Origin: Candidatus Helarchaeota archaeon
GTDB lineage: Archaea; Asgardarchaeota; Lokiarchaeia; Helarchaeales; RDOG01
DNA: 41,064 nt
Assembly: GCA_029838215.1 (NCBI GenBank)
Contig: JALGVI010000097.1
Coordinates: 1 to 41,064, forward strand
Direction: 5' to 3'
Made by a program: the position numbers and the translations under genes. Under the pieces are notes generated by a model. It made no database searches and was not told where the DNA came from. It saw only the letters and a list, made by a program, of their open reading frames with translations. Within the stretch, counting starts at the first letter, position 1, and the number at the start of each line of letters is the position of its first letter. Shown piece after piece: positions 35,318 to 41,064 of this stretch.

Positions 35318-37241
35318 TGTGACAAATATTGGAGGATTAGATGGGTCAAATGAATTTAAATTTACGGAAGGATTGAATATCATACGTGCCCCAAATGCTT
35401 CGGGAAAATCTAGCCTAATAAACGCCTTTAAACTGGCCTTAAGTGGACCTGATTTTACAAATTTTAAAAATCTCAACGAATTTTTGAGTGATTTTAAAGA
35501 TTCAGGTCTAATTCATATCAAGTTGAATGGTAATATTGTAGATTTACGAATTGAAAGAAAAAAAGATGGAAAAGTGGTTATATCAGATTATAAAAGTAAT
35601 TTTAATTTCTTAGACGATAAATTAACACGGTTAATATTTTTTGATCAGTTTTCAGAGATTTATCAGACGATTATTTCTGGTGATAGTAAAAAGTTTCAAG
35701 ATTGGATCGCAAATATTACAGATATCAAACTTTACCTTATTGCTAAAACATTAATAGATAATAAAGAGAGTGAGTTAAAAACACGATTAGCGCACCTTAC
35801 CGAACAAGAGGCAGGAAAAAAAGAAATTTTAGGTGAGCAGCTCCACATCAATACTGAGGAATTAAAGAAATTAAAAAAAGAACGGGAAAAATTGTTGCAA
35901 ACTAGTGAAGATACAGAATTGAAATCTAAGTTACAGTCCATAAATAAAGAATTTGATAAAATAACCAAAGGTTTAAAAGATTTTAAAAAGAAAAAAACGA
36001 ATATTTCTCAAAAATTGCTGAAATTGAATAAAGAAAAAAGTAACATTGATTTAAAAATAAAAGAAGATATCGAAAAACTCGAAAAGGTTAAAATAGAATT
36101 GCTAGAGGTTGAAGGAACAATAGATAAACTAGAAAATACTCTTATTAAGTTAGAGGACGAAAATAATTCTCTCAGGATTGAATTAAACGGAACTATTAGA
36201 AAAGTGAATGGAAAAAAGAGAACTATCGAGGGATTACGAGAAAAATTAAAGGCCAAGGAGAGAAGAAGAAAAAATCAACGTTCATTATTTAATTATATTG
36301 AATGCCCCACTTGTTTTCAACCTCTTGATCAGGAAATATTGAAAACAAATGTAAAGAAAATTGATGCAGAAATAAAGAGTTTAATAAATGAAATTGAAAA
36401 ACGAGAGATAAAAATAAATTTAAACAAATCTCAAATTGACAAGATAAAAAATAAGCTAGAAAAAGCAAAAACAGAACTACCTAATATGAAGAAATCTTTA
36501 GAAAAACAAATAGAAGAGAATAACAAGGTATTTAAAGGCATCAATGATGAGATTGCAAAACTTGAAACAAAGATACCAGAAATAGATAGAAAAATTTCAG
36601 ATCTTGAAAATAAATTTGAATCAATTCAAAAAAAGAAAAAGAAATTGTCGGTAAATTTGGATAAAATTAGAACAGAATATACAGAAATTGACCAAAAAAT
36701 AGAAGATAAAAAAGAAGAAATTGAAGTTCTGGAGGAAAAAATTAGAAAATTAGAGCAAGACACAGAAATAGTACAAAACCTTAAAATAAAAACTCAAGCA
36801 TCAAATGAAATAAAAAATCACTTTCAAAAGAAGATTGAGCTCATTCGCAATGACATAATAGGCACAATCAACGATGAAATTTTAAATTGTTTTACGTTAT
36901 TAGAATTGGCAGAAATAAATTATCTTTCGATTGAAGCAGGGACTTACGAACTGGAAATTCGAAGAAAATTAGGGAGAAAGACAGAGTTACTTGAATTGTC
37001 CGCCGCAGAACGTACTTTAGTGGCATTAATAATCCTTTATATTACGAAAAGAGTCTTATTACCAGACGTTCCACTATTTTTCATAGACGAGACAGCAAAT
37101 GCTTTTGACGATACAAGATTTCAAAGAATTATACATTATTTAGCAAAAGAAGTGAATACGCTTATATTAACAAAAAATGAACCTTTTCAAGGAAAAAGGG
37201 GGGAAATTATCACTCAAAAGAATATTATTCATAGTTTTTAA
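35304..37241 (+). CDS. Rad50/SbcC/Sph-like SMC-family ABC ATPase with Zn hook (645 aa)
   Basis: ATG at 35304 after GAGGAGG. INVTNIGGL, Walker A APNASGKS, long coiled coils, central CPTC hook, signature LSAAERT, Walker B FFIDE, D-loop AFD. Confidence 0.92.
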   Translation: MLSINVTNIGGLDGSNEFKFTEGLNIIRAPNASGKSSLINAFKLALSGPDFTNFKNLNEFLSDFKDSGLIHIKLNGNIVDLRIERKKDGKVVISDYKSNFNFLDDKLTRLIFFDQFSEIYQTIISGDSKKFQDWIANITDIKLYLIAKTLIDNKESELKTRLAHLTEQEAGKKEILGEQLHINTEELKKLKKEREKLLQTSEDTELKSKLQSINKEFDKITKGLKDFKKKKTNISQKLLKLNKEKSNIDLKIKEDIEKLEKVKIELLEVEGTIDKLENTLIKLEDENNSLRIELNGTIRKVNGKKRTIEGLREKLKAKERRRKNQRSLFNYIECPTCFQPLDQEILKTNVKKIDAEIKSLINEIEKREIKINLNKSQIDKIKNKLEKAKTELPNMKKSLEKQIEENNKVFKGINDEIAKLETKIPEIDRKISDLENKFESIQKKKKKLSVNLDKIRTEYTEIDQKIEDKKEEIEVLEEKIRKLEQDTEIVQNLKIKTQASNEIKNHFQKKIELIRNDIIGTINDEILNCFTLLELAEINYLSIEAGTYELEIRRKLGRKTELLELSAAERTLVALIILYITKRVLLPDVPLFFIDETANAFDDTRFQRIIHYLAKEVNTLILTKNEPFQGKRGEIITQKNIIHSF

Positions 37242-37308
37242 TCCCATAATTTAATTCTTTGGTATTTCGCGATTAACTCTTTTAAATTTCAGTTGAAGAG
37301 GGAATAGT

Positions 37309-39084
37309 TTGGTAAATTGTGATTTTTCATTTGAATCAAAAAGAACGACCCTATTTGGACTTACCCAGAATAAAAGTTCAGCTCCAGTAATTCCTGAAAA
37401 ATTTAAAGTTATTCAAAAAATCGAGAAATGTATTGTTTCATTAAACCAAGAATTCTGTTTTACAGAAGAAACAGATAAACTTAATGAACTTATCAAAATT
37501 GCGCAAATAGTATTTTTAAAAGGCTATGGAAGACTAAGAATACAGAGAGATAAGAATAATAAACTTGCACAATTATCAATTCGATTTGCCATAGAGAAAT
37601 TAAAGATTGAAATAGAAAAGGAGTTGATTGATCGATTTACATACTGGAATATTCAATTGTATGGGAAATTTTTTCATCTTCTTGAAATTGAAGAAAAAGC
37701 CTATCTTAAGCAAAAAGATATCGTAAAAGATTTCTGGTTATATTCAATGTATCAAGATATGGTTAATGATTTAGAAATTGCAGAAAATTTCCAGACTTAT
37801 AAGGAAATTGAAGAGATTTTTTCACAATTGGTGATAAAAGGGCTTCATATCGGAAAAAATTTATTTAATATTTATTATTATTGTATTGCAGCTGTGATTA
37901 TCGATGATATTTTTGAAGATAGTAACAATAACATAACTCCAGAATTACTATTTGATATTTTAAAAGTCGAATCGAAGATGTATCAGAATTTGATAAAGCA
38001 AATATTTGAAATAAAAGCTTTGATCCATTTTGAATTTGAAAAAATGATATGTAAAAATGATCAATTAGGTATTATCGGGAAAAAAAAGGAAGATAAGTTA
38101 TTAACTGAGATAGAAAAAAGGAAGAAAAACATTATTGACAATGAAATTGATTTGATTCCAACAGAAAAAGAGAAATTGATAATTACCAGCGATTTCAATT
38201 TTGAACTTCAAAAAATTAGTAAAAAAATGTTCAATTATAAAGATTATTTTAAGGAAGTTACACTAGATTCGGTTATATTTTTTCTTTATAGATTTTTAGA
38301 GACTAATTTGATAACCGATTATAACCAAATTCTAAAGATAATTTATACTTCAATTAATATTTTTGATACAAATGTTATAACTTCCTTTGAAAAGTGGTTT
38401 AATGAAGATTTAAATGTCGATTCAATGTCAGGGTTCGATTTGAGGAATTCGGATGAATTACAAAAGTTATTAGATGAATTTCTTAATATAAATCAATTTC
38501 TAAAGAAAAAACGATATTCTAATAAAATAAAGATACGTGATTCAATATTGGATTATAAATTAGGTAAAAAGAAATCTCATTTAACGGAAATAAAAAAATA
38601 TTTTGTAAATTGTAGAGATTTGATCAAAAAGAAACCAACAAAAGAAGAAATTCTCATTTTTTTTAATAATTTGAATAAATTAATTGAAAATAATCAACAA
38701 TTGAATCCAGACAGTTTACTCGTTTTATGTTCGCTCCTAAATCACATCAATAAATCATCCATTGATATCGTACTCGACCCGAAAATGATTTATAACATCT
38801 ATTTGTTGATTATTAATGAATTTCGTAAAAATCGTAAGATTAGAAAAGTGAAATTAAAGTCTATTAAGATGTTATTAAAAGCAATTATTACTTATGACCA
38901 ACCTTTAATTTTATGGTTTACAAAGAATTTCATCAAAAGGAAGCAGATTAATGAGGAATTTATATTATTTTTAGAGAATTATACGGATAGATTAAAAATT
39001 AATTTGTATTCTCAAATATTTTACGGAAAAGACTCATTCTCTCAGATTTACGAACAAAAAACATTAGAATATTTTTTAAAATAG
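37309..39084 (+). CDS. Hypothetical predominantly alpha-helical protein (591 aa)
   Basis: Long AT-rich ORF, I/L/K/N/E-rich amphipathic helices, no motif recognised. TTG start after GAAGAGGG. Confidence 0.7.
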   Translation: MVNCDFSFESKRTTLFGLTQNKSSAPVIPEKFKVIQKIEKCIVSLNQEFCFTEETDKLNELIKIAQIVFLKGYGRLRIQRDKNNKLAQLSIRFAIEKLKIEIEKELIDRFTYWNIQLYGKFFHLLEIEEKAYLKQKDIVKDFWLYSMYQDMVNDLEIAENFQTYKEIEEIFSQLVIKGLHIGKNLFNIYYYCIAAVIIDDIFEDSNNNITPELLFDILKVESKMYQNLIKQIFEIKALIHFEFEKMICKNDQLGIIGKKKEDKLLTEIEKRKKNIIDNEIDLIPTEKEKLIITSDFNFELQKISKKMFNYKDYFKEVTLDSVIFFLYRFLETNLITDYNQILKIIYTSINIFDTNVITSFEKWFNEDLNVDSMSGFDLRNSDELQKLLDEFLNINQFLKKKRYSNKIKIRDSILDYKLGKKKSHLTEIKKYFVNCRDLIKKKPTKEEILIFFNNLNKLIENNQQLNPDSLLVLCSLLNHINKSSIDIVLDPKMIYNIYLLIINEFRKNRKIRKVKLKSIKMLLKAIITYDQPLILWFTKNFIKRKQINEEFILFLENYTDRLKINLYSQIFYGKDSFSQIYEQKTLEYFLK

Positions 39085-39153
39085 AAAAAATATAAAATAT
39101 AGGCATTCTTTTCAAGAAGTCGATTAACACGATTTCATTCTTCATTAAAGAAC

Positions 39154-39522
39154 TTATAAATGAGATCGTCTATAATTGAGAACGTCTTTATACTCTTTGT
39201 CGAATTTTGATTCGGACAATAATACCAATTCAAACTTCCCACCAGCTCTGAAATTCAAATGGACAACATTGTAGTGGCTCCCCGGATATATTTTTTCTAA
39301 TGGAAAATTACTTTTTAAAACGTTAATCAATTTTGGATAGAATTCTCTACGATTCGGATTTCCTGAAACAGCGAATATCACATCCATATCACTATCAGGG
39401 CGGTGTGTTCTTCTGGCTCGGGAACCGTGTGGTGCGATTCTTGAAACTTTTAAATTTGAGTTCTTCATCACGTTTGTAATAGATATCCATTTAGAATGAT
39501 AATGTTCTTCGGACATACTCAT
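39154..39522 (-). CDS. Stand-alone Pol-beta-superfamily nucleotidyltransferase (MNT-sized; OAS/CD-NTase/CCA-head-like topology)
   Basis: HGSRARRTHRPDSDMDVIF (GS...DxD), with a third carboxylate in KFELVL. 122 aa. Confidence 0.85.
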   Translation of the reverse strand: MSMSEEHYHSKWISITNVMKNSNLKVSRIAPHGSRARRTHRPDSDMDVIFAVSGNPNRREFYPKLINVLKSNFPLEKIYPGSHYNVVHLNFRAGGKFELVLLSESKFDKEYKDVLNYRRSHL

Positions 39523-39860
39523 CCCTCTCTTTGTCGAAATTTGCTAGAACAATTCCGACAATTTGAATATTGATGGTTTATAGTGATTTAGTTAAGAATA
39601 GAATAAGTTATAAAAATTTTTGTTAAATATGAAAAATAACTAAGGCAATATTTCAAAAAAATAATTAAATTTCCATCAAGGAAAGGAGAAAAATTATCAA
39701 GTTTTTCATAATTTACTCACTATTCTCCTTTAGAGGATAAAACGTAAATTGTTTTTAAGAAATTGGATAAATTTATACGAATTCTTCTCAATAAATCATT
39801 AATTAGCATTTTTTGAAGAAGGTTGAACAGGTCATAAAATTATTCGAGTATGTGATTCTC

Positions 39861-40775
39861 ATGAAAAAAATTGATATAAAACAAGAAGGACAAAGTCTCT
39901 TAAAGCACCATGCCTTTTTATACGAATTTTTGATAAAAATTCCAGAAACTAGAGAGATAATTTTCATCGAAGACACAGAAAATAGGAAAAAAATAGGAAA
40001 ACCCCGGTTTAAAAGGTCCAAATATCATTGGTCAGTGGAATTATTAAAATTTCTTCGAGATCACTTACAAAATATATGGAATTTTCTTTACAAGTACTCC
40101 TATTGGTTTGATGAGACAATTTATCCTCTTATTGCTTATGAAAATAGAAGAATTTCAAAAAAGTCAATAATTTTTTTATTAGAAGAAGATGTTTGGTCAA
40201 CAGATGAGGTATATGGGAATTATCTTATCGAAAAAAGTAAAGAAGAAACAATTATCAGTTATTTTCGTAGAAGAAAAAAGATTAAACAGTTCAAATTACC
40301 ATCAACAAATGATAATGAAATCAAAAGATGGATCTGTAATAACGCAGTTAAACAAATCCAAGATCAATTTGATTTTTTATGGCTTAAACTAAAAACGGAA
40401 ATAGAAACGTGTATAGAAGAAACCTACCATCGAGAACCTAAATTAATTCTCACTACGGAATATTTACGAGATCAATTAAGGAGAACGAAAGATATTTCAG
40501 ATGATTGGTCAGAAGCAGCTTTACTTAGTTTAGGAAGAATCATTGAATTATGGTTGCTAAAATTACTTGGAAAGGAAGAGAAAAAAATCTATCATGATGA
40601 AGATATTATAAGAAGTGCAGAAATAGAAGGGATTATTAATAAGCACGAAGTTCGACTGTTAAATAAAATTAGAAGAGAGTACAATAATCTTAAGCATAAA
40701 TTATATTATAAAATAAAAAAAAATATTGTGGTTGATTTAATAGAGGATTTTTCTAATCTTTTTCTTAATGGATGA
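39861..40775 (+). CDS. Protein with a C-terminal HEPN/DUF4145-like domain (degenerate catalytic motif)
   Basis: WSEAALLSLGRIIELWL..IIRSAEIEGII..LLNKIRREYNNLKH fits the DUF4145-type HEPN pattern, with Y where R of RN-x2/3-H is expected. Start is uncertain (TTG 39813, GTG 39852 or ATG 39861). Confidence 0.6.
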   Translation: MKKIDIKQEGQSLLKHHAFLYEFLIKIPETREIIFIEDTENRKKIGKPRFKRSKYHWSVELLKFLRDHLQNIWNFLYKYSYWFDETIYPLIAYENRRISKKSIIFLLEEDVWSTDEVYGNYLIEKSKEETIISYFRRRKKIKQFKLPSTNDNEIKRWICNNAVKQIQDQFDFLWLKLKTEIETCIEETYHREPKLILTTEYLRDQLRRTKDISDDWSEAALLSLGRIIELWLLKLLGKEEKKIYHDEDIIRSAEIEGIINKHEVRLLNKIRREYNNLKHKLYYKIKKNIVVDLIEDFSNLFLNG

Positions 40776-40884
40776 ATGACTTAGACTTCAAAATCAGGAA
40801 TTCATGTTTTATTTCAATCCTTAGATTTTAATTTGAAAAGTTTTTAAGTTGTACTTGATATTACAGTGTAATGGTGATGAATGA

Positions 40885-41064
40885 ATGTCGAAAGAGAAAC
40901 CCGTTTTACCCACGTCGGTGAATTGCCTTAATTGTGGGCAAGATCTTTCGGAAGAAGAAATGCAAAATCTTTGCGTGAAGTGCCTGCTTAACCTTGATTT
41001 TAAAATAGAAGAAGCAGATCAGGAGAAGGTTAGAGATCACCTTAATAGAATTTTGGATGAATTT
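40885..41064 (+). CDS. Partial Zn-finger protein running off the window end
   Basis: MSKEKPVLPTSVNCLNCGQDLSEEEMQNLCVKCLL.. (CxxC..CxxC), GGTGA RBS, no stop before 41064. Confidence 0.6.
   Translation, partial: MSKEKPVLPTSVNCLNCGQDLSEEEMQNLCVKCLLNLDFKIEEADQEKVRDHLNRILDEF

Larger units (their letters stand above)
32620..40800. mobile_element. AT-rich, probably horizontally acquired defence-type island (right boundary unclear; no integrase or tRNA seen)
   Basis: Abrupt shift to very AT-rich sequence and A/T-ending codons right after the nadA stop. Gene content is accessory (AAA+, SMC-like, NTase, HEPN-like). Confidence 0.5.

Noticed and set aside
35304-37241. Housekeeping Rad50 or condensin Smc
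   Set aside because: No adjacent mre11/herA/nurA or scpA/B, shorter than typical Rad50 or Smc, has a hook rather than a hinge, and sits in an AT-rich accessory island.
33021-39522. Type III CBASS (TRIP13 + HORMA + CD-NTase)
   Set aside because: No recognisable HORMA-sized gene or Cap effector. The NTase is on the opposite strand, 4 kb from the AAA gene, and lacks the C-terminal lobe. Kept only as a loose analogy.
1-41064. tRNA, rRNA, IS elements or integrase
   Set aside because: No cloverleaf or T-loop motif, rRNA-like segment, transposase motif or terminal inverted repeat pair was recognised by eye.

Overview
Archaeal DNA, probably an Asgard (Lokiarchaeia-like) genome. This is inferred from GGTGA/GGAGG RBSs, TTTATA-type promoters, poly-T terminators and an Asgard-type beta-sandwich protein. 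From left to right: (1) A mosaic CRISPR-cas locus with no array inside the window. It comprises a DUF2797-like gene and cas1-cas2-cas4 on +, then a very AT-rich type I-B (Cst1/DevR-type) cas8-cas7-cas5-[HEPN gene]-cas3 operon on -, then a frameshifted Csa3-like CARF-wHTH regulator and a detached cas6. (2) A HeH/wHTH protein paired with a P-loop ATPase fused to a PD-(D/E)xK nuclease. (3) Host-like metabolic genes: an MFS transporter, three tandem membrane-anchored alpha/beta hydrolases, a phosphoribosyltransferase and nadA. Several carry small deletions or duplications. (4) An operon of three DNA methyltransferases with no restriction enzyme. (5) A mu-homology-like Ig-fold protein. (6) From about 32.6 kb, an AT-rich island with an array of five GTTATAAC-like palindromes. 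It precedes an operon of Zn-finger/wHTH protein, minimal AAA+ ATPase, two small ORFs, a Rad50/SMC-like Zn-hook ATPase and a long helical protein, followed by a divergent nucleotidyltransferase/HEPN-like pair. The best candidates for undescribed systems are the ApeA-like HEPN gene embedded between cas5 and cas3, the AAA+/SMC operon, and the HeH-wHTH/ATPase-nuclease pair. All family assignments come from motif recognition; no searches were run.
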